NCBI GenBank assembly: GCA_964538665.1
Contig: CAZIEB010000001.1
Span: 7,031 to 71,030, forward strand
DNA length: 64,000 bases
Source: an uncultured Candidatus Saccharibacteria bacterium
GTDB taxonomy: Bacteria > Patescibacteriota > Saccharimonadia > Saccharimonadales > Saccharimonadaceae
Direction of reading: 5' to 3'
Below, in pieces: positions 51,775 to 60,140 of this stretch. Within the stretch, counting starts at the first letter, position 1, and the number at the start of each line of letters is the position of its first letter. The notes beneath the pieces were generated by a model. The model was not told the origin of the DNA and made no database searches. It worked only from the letters and a program-made list of their open reading frames with translations. The position numbers and the translations under genes are program-made.

Positions 51775-52595
51775 TGCCTCTTAATCACAAAGACATCGAA
51801 GCGTTTCGTTCGATTGTGTGGGAGTTTTATCATCACAACAGCAGATCTATGCCGTGGCGTGACAAACATGGTTTTTATGACGTACTCGTCAGCGAGATGA
51901 TGCTCCAACAGACGCAGGTGCCTCGGGTTATCCCAAAATTTCAGCAGTTTATGGACTCTTTTCCTACTATCGAGCAGCTCGCGAAAAGCCAGATTGCTGA
52001 CGTGCTGCAGGTATGGCAGGGACTTGGCTACAATCGCCGCGCAAAATATCTGCTCGAGGCGGCAAAGCGAGTCGTCGAGGAGGGTATCCCATCAACGCAT
52101 GCAGAGCTCGAAAGCTTGCCTGGTATTGGCCGTAGCACAGCGAGCGCGATAGAAGTCTATGTTTATGATCGTCCCGTCGTGTTTGTCGAAACCAACATTC
52201 GGACGGTATTTTTTCATCATTTTTTTGAAAAATCTCTTCCACTAACGAAAATTACCGACACGCAGGTTGTAGATTTGGTAGCTCGTACGTTGCCGTCAGC
52301 TCACTACCGAGAATGGTATTGGGCGTTGATGGATTATGGCACCTATCTCAAATCTCAAGGCCACGGTCGTATTTCTAATAGCGCCCATTATCGTGCGCAG
52401 ACCAAATTTGAAGGCTCTGTACGCCAGATGAGGGGATATATAATTCGACGACTGACGCATGGGCCGCTACAGCTATCGGACTTTGCTACGACGGACACGC
52501 GTTTTGCACCTGCGCTTGAAGGTTTGCTCAAAGATCGTATGGTAGAGCAGCGCGACGACGTGATTGGTTTGACAGGCCACCAGCAGGAGTCATAA
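51774..52595 (+). CDS. MutY/EndoIII-superfamily HhH-GPD DNA glycosylase, cysteine-free
   Basis: VSEMMLQQTQV (MutY-type catalytic Glu context), GLGYNRRAKYL and LPGIGRSTASAI (HhH). The translated protein contains no Cys. TAATG overlap with aspS. Confidence 0.7.
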   Translation: MPLNHKDIEAFRSIVWEFYHHNSRSMPWRDKHGFYDVLVSEMMLQQTQVPRVIPKFQQFMDSFPTIEQLAKSQIADVLQVWQGLGYNRRAKYLLEAAKRVVEEGIPSTHAELESLPGIGRSTASAIEVYVYDRPVVFVETNIRTVFFHHFFEKSLPLTKITDTQVVDLVARTLPSAHYREWYWALMDYGTYLKSQGHGRISNSAHYRAQTKFEGSVRQMRGYIIRRLTHGPLQLSDFATTDTRFAPALEGLLKDRMVEQRDDVIGLTGHQQES

Positions 52596-52602
52596 TAAAT
52601 AC

Positions 52603-53130
52603 ATGCTTCGTATCGTTACAATGTTATTTTTAGCTGCAGTCGTTTCGTTCGCTCCATTGGGCGCTTCGGCGATTGATCCCGAAAACATGACACCCGAAGA
52701 CTACACATTGGTCGAGAGAAACTGCAAAGCGGCCCAGGGTTCGATGCAACGAATCAAATACGTTGATCCTATCTACCGCGTCAATCGTGGCGTTGCCTAC
52801 AGCACTATCTCGAAATTGATGACGGCTCTGACAAATCGCGCTGCCTTCAACGCCTTTCAACTGCCGCAGCTGTCACAGGAAACAACTGCCGTCCAAGACC
52901 TCCGGAGTCAGTTTGCAAATGACTACACTGACTATGAAATAGCTTTGAGTGACGCAATCTCATACAATTGTCTCTCAAATCCGCAGGAATTTTACCGAAA
53001 AGTAGTTGATGTGCGGACAAAGCGTTCGATAGTCGCGCTTAGGGTCCGAGAAATTGAGCGTCGGCTCGACGCATTTTCAGCGGCAACTGTGGAATTATCG
53101 AAACTAATATCATTGCAGGTAGAGCAGTGA
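52603..53130 (+). CDS. Secreted hypothetical helical protein
   Basis: Signal peptide ...APLGASA. 175 aa with 2 Cys. ATGA-type overlap with the next gene. Confidence 0.5.
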   Translation: MLRIVTMLFLAAVVSFAPLGASAIDPENMTPEDYTLVERNCKAAQGSMQRIKYVDPIYRVNRGVAYSTISKLMTALTNRAAFNAFQLPQLSQETTAVQDLRSQFANDYTDYEIALSDAISYNCLSNPQEFYRKVVDVRTKRSIVALRVREIERRLDAFSAATVELSKLISLQVEQ

Positions 53131-53507
53131 AACGTTTTCTTAGAGCGGTTCGAGCGTTCATACGACAACACCAATTTGCGACGGCAATTGCAGTCGTCAT
53201 TGCAATCACGGGAGTGATGACCTCAATCAGTATGTACCTCTACATACAGAGTGGTGCGTCCGGGCTAGACCTTAGCCGCCCAGGGTTTACCATCACGAGA
53301 GACGACTTGCAGCGTGACGGCAATCCAACTTTTCCCGCGACCGGTTCATTGACCCAAGAAGACATGGAGACATTTACCAAGCTTTACGAAGAGCAACGAA
53401 AGTATCTCCAGTCACTTGGTTCGTTCGATGACGATGTGTTGTCGGATGAAGCACTCGGCTTTCAGACTGACGCTGCAGTAGTTGATCCGACTGTCGAAGC
53501 AGAATAG
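53127..53507 (+). CDS. Single-pass membrane hypothetical protein
   Basis: Basic N-terminus, TM ATAIAVVIAITGVMTSISMYLYI and an acidic C-terminal domain. Confidence 0.5.
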   Translation: MKRFLRAVRAFIRQHQFATAIAVVIAITGVMTSISMYLYIQSGASGLDLSRPGFTITRDDLQRDGNPTFPATGSLTQEDMETFTKLYEEQRKYLQSLGSFDDDVLSDEALGFQTDAAVVDPTVEAE

Positions 53508-53508
53508 A

Positions 53509-54363
53509 TTATTTTTTCGCTGGTGTTGGCCAGGCGCCAGGCGAAAATTGTGCCAATTTGATATGAGATTTACGAAACTCACGCAGGAGTCGGCGGCGTA
53601 GTTCTCCAGTCGCACTCCATTGGGCGGATGGCGCTGTCTTGCCGACAATTGTTACTTCCATTGCCGTGTCGGTGAAGTTGCCGATGTTAAGAAAATGCGG
53701 TGCTTCGAGCAACTTATCTTTCCAGGCTTCATCTTCGTAGAGCTGCTGCCCGACCTGATTGATAGTTTCTGATAATTTGTCGATGTCTGTCTCAGGAAGA
53801 ACTGACAACGTAAAATTGATTTTGGAAAAGCCCATCGTTTTGTTGATGACATGGACGATTGAACCGTTGGGGATGTAGTGTACATTGCCGTTGACGTCGC
53901 GGACAACTGTGGAGCGTATGCCGACCTGTTCGACAGTACCACCCGCGCCCTCTAGGTCGACCACGTCGCCGACACGGTATTGGTTTTCGGCAATGATAAA
54001 TATTCCAGACAAAAAATCTTTGATAAGTGATTGAGCACCAAACCCAACTGCGATACCGACAATACCCGCACTTGCAAACAATGGCCCCAAGTCTACCTGC
54101 GGCAGGAGCTCTCTGATAATCATGACAGTGGCAACGATTATGACAAACCATTTCCATATCACACTCACCAGGCTTATGAGAGTATCTTGGCGTTTGGCAA
54201 TATCTTTGTCGCTAATATCGGCATGGTGAGCTGAGCGATGCACGGCATTTCGTATTAACCTCGTGATAATCATCCCGCCGAAGTGGCGCGCAAGCCATGC
54301 GAGTACCACGACAGTGATTACTGTCCATAAATGCGCATCGATATAGTTGAGTACAGCGTTCAT
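53509..54363 (-). CDS. mscS: Small-conductance mechanosensitive channel (MscS family)
   Basis: 3 TMs and the beta-domain block FIIAENQYRVGDVVDLEGAGGTVEQVGIRSTVVRDVNGNVHYIPNG. Start placed at ATG 54363, 7 nt downstream of TGcTATACT (54371-54379). Confidence 0.85.
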   Translation of the reverse strand: MNAVLNYIDAHLWTVITVVVLAWLARHFGGMIITRLIRNAVHRSAHHADISDKDIAKRQDTLISLVSVIWKWFVIIVATVMIIRELLPQVDLGPLFASAGIVGIAVGFGAQSLIKDFLSGIFIIAENQYRVGDVVDLEGAGGTVEQVGIRSTVVRDVNGNVHYIPNGSIVHVINKTMGFSKINFTLSVLPETDIDKLSETINQVGQQLYEDEAWKDKLLEAPHFLNIGNFTDTAMEVTIVGKTAPSAQWSATGELRRRLLREFRKSHIKLAQFSPGAWPTPAKK

Positions 54364-54418
54364 CTCTAGTAGTATAGCAGGGTGCAAATAATTACACATC
54401 TCGATACTGCTAATCTCG

Positions 54419-54937
54419 TTGAGATACTCCGTGCAGGGGGGGGTCGCTGTGCTTCGGACTGATACGCTCTATGGGATTGTCGCGAGTGCCGACAATGCTG
54501 AGGCGGTGGAGCGGGTATATCGCATCAAAGGCCGCGACCCACACAAGTCGTGTATTGTACTACTGGACACACCCTCATCGAGTTATGGTCATAGCCAAGA
54601 ATTATCATTCGATATTGCGAAGTATGCTGACCGACCGACGAGTTTTTTGATAGCCGCCGAGGATGCTCCGCGACACCTACTCCGTGAAAATAGCGACATT
54701 GCGTATCGCGTGCCTCAAGTTCCAGCGTTGCTATCTCTGCTCAGCAAAACTGGCCCATTGATTGCGCCGAGTGCAAATCCTGAGTCGCTGCCGCCAGCTC
54801 GTACCGTCCAGCAGGCTATTGATTACTTTGGAGACCAAGTCGATATCTATGTAGATGGCGGTGAAGTGCCAGAGAGTACTCCTCCGTCCTGGGTTATGCG
54901 CGTCCGCAAAGACGGTTCAATTGAGCGACTGCGATGA
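54419..54937 (+). CDS. tsaC: L-threonylcarbamoyladenylate synthase (YrdC/TsaC domain only)
   Basis: GGVAVLRTDTLYGIVA, YRIKGRDPHKSCIVLL and LIAPSANPES blocks. TTG start. Contains a G8 run at 54436-54443. Confidence 0.8.
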   Translation: MRYSVQGGVAVLRTDTLYGIVASADNAEAVERVYRIKGRDPHKSCIVLLDTPSSSYGHSQELSFDIAKYADRPTSFLIAAEDAPRHLLRENSDIAYRVPQVPALLSLLSKTGPLIAPSANPESLPPARTVQQAIDYFGDQVDIYVDGGEVPESTPPSWVMRVRKDGSIERLR

Positions 54938-55587
54938 GTGTCGATCCAAACGATTTCATTATTGCTCGCAAACGCAAAAAATACCGATTTGCGTTGTTTG
55001 AAAATGCCGAGAATTGCTTTGAGCTCGAACAGTGGTCTTATTGGTCTGATGATCGTCCGCTCACGGTAGAGCTCGGAGCCGGCACGGCACTGTTTGCGGT
55101 TGAGCTTGCCTCGAAACATCCTAAACGCCGATTTATTGCAATTGATGTCAAAGCCGACCGACTGCAAAAAGGTGCCTTACTTGCTATTGAGCGCGGGCTC
55201 GATAATATTCGATTTGTCCGTGCCCGTGCTGACCAGCTGCTTGATGTGGTCGAGTCAGGCTCGGTCGATGAGATTTGGCTGACGTTTTCTGATCCGTTTC
55301 CAAGAGACCGTGACGCCAAGCGACGGCTGACATCGGACCGTTTTTTGCCGCTGTACGAGCAAGCACTTCTTCCTCATGGCGTGTTCCGACAAAAAACCGA
55401 TGACCACAATCTATTTGACTGGTCGCTTGAGCAACTTGTTGCCGGAGGATGGAATATCACGGAGCTCAGCTACGACCTACATGAGAGCACTTTGGCTGAT
55501 GACTACAAAATCATGACGACCTACGAGCTTAAATGGCAAGCCGAAGGCCTCAAGACGTATTATTTGTCAGCTAATCGTTCCTGCTAA
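54934..55587 (+). CDS. trmB: tRNA (guanine46-N7)-methyltransferase
   Basis: VELGAGTALFAVELA (SAM motif I), IAIDVK and IWLTFSDPFP...KRRL. Confidence 0.85.
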   Translation: MSVDPNDFIIARKRKKYRFALFENAENCFELEQWSYWSDDRPLTVELGAGTALFAVELASKHPKRRFIAIDVKADRLQKGALLAIERGLDNIRFVRARADQLLDVVESGSVDEIWLTFSDPFPRDRDAKRRLTSDRFLPLYEQALLPHGVFRQKTDDHNLFDWSLEQLVAGGWNITELSYDLHESTLADDYKIMTTYELKWQAEGLKTYYLSANRSC

Positions 55588-55589
55588 CG

Positions 55590-56846
55590 CTAAGCGAGTT
55601 TTTGTCGTACCCAACTATCGATCGATCCAGCGCCCATGGTGAGGACGAGGTAATCCTGAGACCGCAAATCCTCGATGCTATTCTTGAGTTGATCATTCAT
55701 CTCTACTTCATGCACTTGTTTGCTAAGCTGTGCTGTGAGCTGATGCGGCGTGAGTACTTCGAGATTTGGGTCTTCACGGCTCAGATACGTCGGTAGCCAG
55801 TAGATTACATCGGCATTTTTAAACACCTCGTCGGTATATTCGTGCAGTATCTCGTGCTGACGGACGTTTTGGTGAGGCTGATACACGAGAGCGACTTTGT
55901 CAGACACTTCTTTGGCCATCTGGAGCGTTGCGGCAATTTCGGTCGGGTGGTGGCCGTAGTCACTGTAGAGATTGTCTGCGAGCTTTTCAAAGCGTCTCGA
56001 TGTACCAGGGAAGCTATTAATCGCATCAACGATGCGCGACTCATCTATATCAGGGAACAGGCGCTGGAGTGCTCTCTGTACCAAAAATGCATTGTGCCGT
56101 ATATGGTCACCAGGCAGAGAAATATGGCTCAGGTCCATGAGATCGTCGTAGGCTTCGATGTTTGCGACTGGGTCTGTCTGCAAATAACGTAAATCTTTCT
56201 CCCACATGAGGCTTTGGGACGATTGTTGTAGGAATTGCACAAACGCATCACGGTAATCCTTTTCTGTAGGATATGTATCAACATGGTCATAATCAAGTGC
56301 CGTGATAATGCTTAAAGCCGGTTCAAAATGCAAAAAATTGCGATCATACTCGTCACATTCGTAGACAAAATGCTTGGAAGCGGTATCAAACAAACCGCTT
56401 GGCCCCCAACTCACTGTTGTGCCAATTGAATAGCTAAGCGGTATGCCGAGCCGACGAAGCGCATACATAAATTGTCCAGTTGTGGTGGTTTTGCCATGTG
56501 TTCCGGCAATTGCAATGAGCTGCAGATTGTGTCGAGACAAAAATTCGGCCAAAAATTCATCGCGCTTGCTATGGCGTATGCCTTGCTCGCGTGCATAGAC
56601 GAGTTCCGGATGATTGTCGGGCAGCGCGGAAGTGTAGACAAACCACTCAATTGGCGCAGACTCATGTGCGTGTGCAATCTGACTTCCGTCTTGGCCTATG
56701 ACGACGTCAATGCCGCGTTGCTCTAGCTGAGCTGTGATTGGCGATTTGGCCATATCAGACCCGATGACATCGTACCCGGCATCATGTGCTATTTCCGCCA
56801 ATGGTCCGATACCAACCCCACCTATTCCCGAAAAATAGATTCTCAT
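55590..56846 (-). CDS. murC: UDP-N-acetylmuramate--L-alanine ligase
   Basis: IYFSGIGGVGIGPLA (N-terminal Rossmann), IAGTHGKTTTTG (P-loop) and ECDEYDRNF. Start set at the second ATG (56846), 7 nt after TATACT (56854-56859). Confidence 0.85.
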   Translation of the reverse strand: MRIYFSGIGGVGIGPLAEIAHDAGYDVIGSDMAKSPITAQLEQRGIDVVIGQDGSQIAHAHESAPIEWFVYTSALPDNHPELVYAREQGIRHSKRDEFLAEFLSRHNLQLIAIAGTHGKTTTTGQFMYALRRLGIPLSYSIGTTVSWGPSGLFDTASKHFVYECDEYDRNFLHFEPALSIITALDYDHVDTYPTEKDYRDAFVQFLQQSSQSLMWEKDLRYLQTDPVANIEAYDDLMDLSHISLPGDHIRHNAFLVQRALQRLFPDIDESRIVDAINSFPGTSRRFEKLADNLYSDYGHHPTEIAATLQMAKEVSDKVALVYQPHQNVRQHEILHEYTDEVFKNADVIYWLPTYLSREDPNLEVLTPHQLTAQLSKQVHEVEMNDQLKNSIEDLRSQDYLVLTMGAGSIDSWVRQKLA

Positions 56847-56912
56847 AAGCATAAGTATAGCCTACTACGCCTATATGGGGTACAATAGATACAAACGTGG
56901 GCAAACACTAAC

Positions 56913-58148
56913 ATGCTAAAAAGATTCATTTACTATATGTTCGAGCGCCGTCATTATTGGCGGCATGTCAGCTTTTCAGAAGTTGCCGAGCTCTATGCAA
57001 GTCGGACTATGCGAATATTCGCACTATCGATGGTGGTAGTATTTGTCGGTATCTATCTCTATAAAAACGGCTACAGTTTGTCATTTATTATGCTGTATTT
57101 TAGTGCATATTTCGTACTGCGGGCAGCTCTAGCGGTGCCGTTTTCGTTTTTGATAGCGCGTTTTGGGCCTAAACATATGATACTCGCGAGCAATCTACTG
57201 TATGTGCCGGCGCTTATATCTCTCGCGCTGCTACACGAATTCGGTATCTGGGCGCTGGTTGGGACGGCAGTGTTCCAGGCGCTTTCAGTGACGCTCTACG
57301 ATATTGCGTACTTGGTTGATTTTTCCAAGGTCAAACACGATGATCACGCCGGCAAAGAAATCGGCTATATGCATCTACTGGAGCACGTCGCCAAGGCGAT
57401 CAGTCCGGTCGTCGGTGGGTTTATCGCCTATTGGGTGAGTCCAGAAGCCACGTTGGTATTTGCTGCGACAGTCTTTGCGCTGTCGGCTATACCACTGTTT
57501 TTTACACCCGAACCAGTGCGTACACATCAAAAAATTACGTACTATGGTCTCCCGTGGCGTAAAGTTTCTCGGACAGTTGTATCCCAAGCAGCTGTTGGGG
57601 TCGACACTATTGCGAGTGGTTTGCTCTGGTCAATGTTTGTGGCAATCGCAGTATTTGGTACAGCGACAGATGTCGTATATGCCCAGCTCGGCGTGCTTTC
57701 CTCGATTTCAGTGATTGCTGGAGTGGTTGCTGCGAGGATATTTGGTGCAGTCGTCGACAGGCGACGTGGAAATGAGCTGCTCACGACCGGCGTTGTTGCA
57801 AAAGCACTGACGCACCTAGGCCGGGCTGCGGTCGCGACACCTTTTGGGGCGGTGATGATAAATGTCTTCAATGAAATCACGAGTACAGCCTATCTGCTGC
57901 CATATACCAAAGGGATGTTTAGCCAGGCCGATGATCTGCCGGGCTATCGAATTGTCTATATGACACTTATGTCGGTCTCGGGTGCGCTCGGTGCAGCGCT
58001 ACTATGTGCGAGCGTGGCGCTTCTCGCGGGGATGCTCGATGAGACAGTGTCGCTACAAGCGGGCTTTGTCCTGTCTGCCATACTCACGCTCGCGATACTT
58101 GCACACGGATTTCGAAGGTACCTAAAGCCACGATTCTTTTTCCAATGA
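56913..58148 (+). CDS. MFS-type polytopic membrane transporter (substrate unknown)
   Basis: 411 aa with about 12 hydrophobic segments in a 6+6 layout. Confidence 0.55.
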   Translation: MLKRFIYYMFERRHYWRHVSFSEVAELYASRTMRIFALSMVVVFVGIYLYKNGYSLSFIMLYFSAYFVLRAALAVPFSFLIARFGPKHMILASNLLYVPALISLALLHEFGIWALVGTAVFQALSVTLYDIAYLVDFSKVKHDDHAGKEIGYMHLLEHVAKAISPVVGGFIAYWVSPEATLVFAATVFALSAIPLFFTPEPVRTHQKITYYGLPWRKVSRTVVSQAAVGVDTIASGLLWSMFVAIAVFGTATDVVYAQLGVLSSISVIAGVVAARIFGAVVDRRRGNELLTTGVVAKALTHLGRAAVATPFGAVMINVFNEITSTAYLLPYTKGMFSQADDLPGYRIVYMTLMSVSGALGAALLCASVALLAGMLDETVSLQAGFVLSAILTLAILAHGFRRYLKPRFFFQ

Positions 58149-58176
58149 TTTATACTGGTACTAACAAGGTGGGACA

Positions 58177-58818
58177 ATGAACAAGAAGACACTTCGTATC
58201 GCGCTGGCTCGACTCCGAATCATCCGGACTTGGCAGCTCGTGGTGATGCTTATCATTGGGCTGGTGCTGAGCGTGTCGTTTTTGCGTATCAATAGTCTAG
58301 GTATGGATGCACGCCGCGATGAGGTCTATGAGGCCGACAAAACAGGCAACGCCGAAGAAATCCGTGCTGCGCTGCTCGAACTACAGCAATTTGTCTCATC
58401 ACACATGAATACATCACTCGGCGATGGTTTATATCTCGAGGAGTCGTACAACCGCGACCGTGAATCAGTGCTCAATACTGCGGCAATTGCCCAAAATCCA
58501 AATTCAGCTGTCTACCAGCAGGCAAGTATCGAATGTCGCAATCGGTTCCAGGGTGGTGTCGCGTCATTTCGCAATGATTATGTGGCTTGCGTGTCTGAGC
58601 GTGTGCGGGCCCTCAGCCCCTCAGATGACCCCGAAGCAGGTCTCAATTTACCCAAGGCCGAACAATACCATTACAATTTTGCATCACCTATTTGGTCACC
58701 CGATCTTGCTGGATTTGCGGTACTGTTTTGTATCATTATTTCCTCTGTTATAGCGATGAGAATTGTTGCGGCTCTTGTACTCAAGGTTATCTTGTCGCAG
58801 CGCTTCAAAAGCATCTGA
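58177..58818 (+). CDS. Hypothetical membrane protein (N- and C-terminal TM, Cys-containing ectodomain)
   Basis: 213-aa ORF. TMs at about residues 20-40 and 180-205. Confidence 0.5.
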   Translation: MNKKTLRIALARLRIIRTWQLVVMLIIGLVLSVSFLRINSLGMDARRDEVYEADKTGNAEEIRAALLELQQFVSSHMNTSLGDGLYLEESYNRDRESVLNTAAIAQNPNSAVYQQASIECRNRFQGGVASFRNDYVACVSERVRALSPSDDPEAGLNLPKAEQYHYNFASPIWSPDLAGFAVLFCIIISSVIAMRIVAALVLKVILSQRFKSI

Positions 58819-58887
58819 GTAGTTGACATCGGGGGTCAACAGGGGTATCGTAGACTTCGTAAGAGTTTAAAGGAGGAATAACTGTCT

Positions 58888-59100
58888 ATGGCAGCGTACA
58901 AACACACCAACTCAAAAGGGGTAACCTACTTTTTGCACAAAAAAGATGTCACACTTCGTGGTGGCAAAGAGCAGACCATCTACTTTTTCGCAAAAGCTGA
59001 AGGCGGCAAAGGCACACCATGTGACTTGCCAGAAGGATACGAAGTAACCGAAAACCCACGAAACGGATTCTTGACTATTCGCAAAATTCGCAAAGACTAA
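58888..59100 (+). CDS. Small basic hypothetical protein (70 aa)
   Basis: AAAGGAGG RBS. Followed by a clear intrinsic terminator. Confidence 0.55.
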   Translation: MAAYKHTNSKGVTYFLHKKDVTLRGGKEQTIYFFAKAEGGKGTPCDLPEGYEVTENPRNGFLTIRKIRKD

Positions 59101-59114
59101 TTTCTTTGTTGTCA

Positions 59115-59150
59115 AAATCGCACCGCTATTACAGTGGTGCGATTTGATTT
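59115..59150 (+). terminator. Rho-independent terminator
   Basis: aaatcgcacc-(11 nt)-ggtgcgattt followed by a T-rich tail. Confidence 0.7.
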
Positions 59151-59242
59151 ATTTGCCATAAGTAGCATAGCAGTGCTACCATACGTACAAACAAACAGGT
59201 GCCAAAACTCTACCCGCCTACACCAGGGCGGGTTTTGGTTAC

Positions 59243-59272
59243 TTGACAAATAGAATACGTTTATGCTATAAT
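59243..59272 (+). promoter_or_regulatory. Strong promoter
   Basis: TTGACA (59243-59248), 18 nt, TGcTATAAT (59264-59272). Confidence 0.6.
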
Positions 59273-59380
59273 AGTAAAATGGATAGATGAGAAATCTTAG
59301 GAGTACGAAATCCGTTTCCGGAAGAGCCTAAAAAACACGATGGCCCTGAGTATACTCCTGCAGAAATAGCGGATACAATT

Positions 59381-59593
59381 ATGGTGCATTATCTCGAGCG
59401 CCAGAAGAGAGACGGCATAGGATATGTTGCGGTTAGTCTGTTTACGCGTGGCATACTGACCGTGGACGAGCCAAGTATTGGCTTAAATGAAATAGAAAGA
59501 AGAAAGGCCGTGGATACCGCACCAAAGGTATCGGTCGATCCTCCCGAAAGAGATGATGATTGGCGTGAACTGCAATTTAAAGATTCACGATAA
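59381..59593 (+). CDS. Hypothetical protein, start uncertain
   Basis: The frame is open from 59291, with AGGAG at 59298-59302, but the first ATG is at 59381. Confidence 0.35.
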   Translation: MVHYLERQKRDGIGYVAVSLFTRGILTVDEPSIGLNEIERRKAVDTAPKVSVDPPERDDDWRELQFKDSR

Positions 59594-59661
59594 CGTGAGC
59601 CAGCTCACGTTATTTTTTTGCCCCGGTGCTATACTGACTCCATAAGTAAAGGAGAGCAAAT

Positions 59662-60057
59662 ATGGCAAAAGAAGTACGAGAAACCAGAGAGGTCCACACG
59701 ACCGAAACCCCGGTAGATGATACGCACACGCAGCGTCAAGTTGTCCATGAAGATACCGCACCAGGCAGTATCGTAGCAAAGCGAGTGGTATGGTACATCA
59801 TCGGTTTTATCATCGTTCTTATCGCGCTCAGAGTTGTCTTGCTACTCCTTGGTGCAAATCAAGGAAGCGCGTTCGTAGACTTCATCTACGGGTTTGCAGG
59901 CATCTTTGTGTTGCCATTTGAGGGTATATTTGGCACACCGGTATATGGCCGAAGTATGCTGGACACCGCAGGGCTGGTCGCTATTGCAGTGTACTCGTTG
60001 ATAGGGTGGGGTCTTGCAAGGCTTTTTACACTAAATAGTAATCATCCTGAAGCATAA
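59662..60057 (+). CDS. YggT-like membrane protein
   Basis: AAAGGAG RBS. RVVLLLLGANQGSAFVDFIYGFAGIFVLPFEGIF and a second TM resemble the YggT family. Confidence 0.45.
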   Translation: MAKEVRETREVHTTETPVDDTHTQRQVVHEDTAPGSIVAKRVVWYIIGFIIVLIALRVVLLLLGANQGSAFVDFIYGFAGIFVLPFEGIFGTPVYGRSMLDTAGLVAIAVYSLIGWGLARLFTLNSNHPEA

Positions 60058-60072
60058 CATTGCACATACAGA

Positions 60073-60104
60073 AAAAATCGACGTAGTATGCGGTCGATTT
60101 TTTC
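60073..60104 (+). terminator. Rho-independent terminator
   Basis: aaaaatcgac-(10 nt)-gtcgattttt plus a T-tract. Confidence 0.7.
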
Positions 60105-60140
60105 GTGTAATAGCAGAAAATCCTATACAATTTTAGTAGT

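Noticed and set aside
59287-59381. Idea that ATG 59287 (MRNLRSTKSVSGRA*) is the true start of ORF 59381..59593, joined by a +1 frameshift near the AGGAG at 59298
   Set aside because: It is possible, because the frame is open from 59291 with no canonical start before 59381. However, there is no slippery sequence or family knowledge to support it. It is reported only as start uncertainty.
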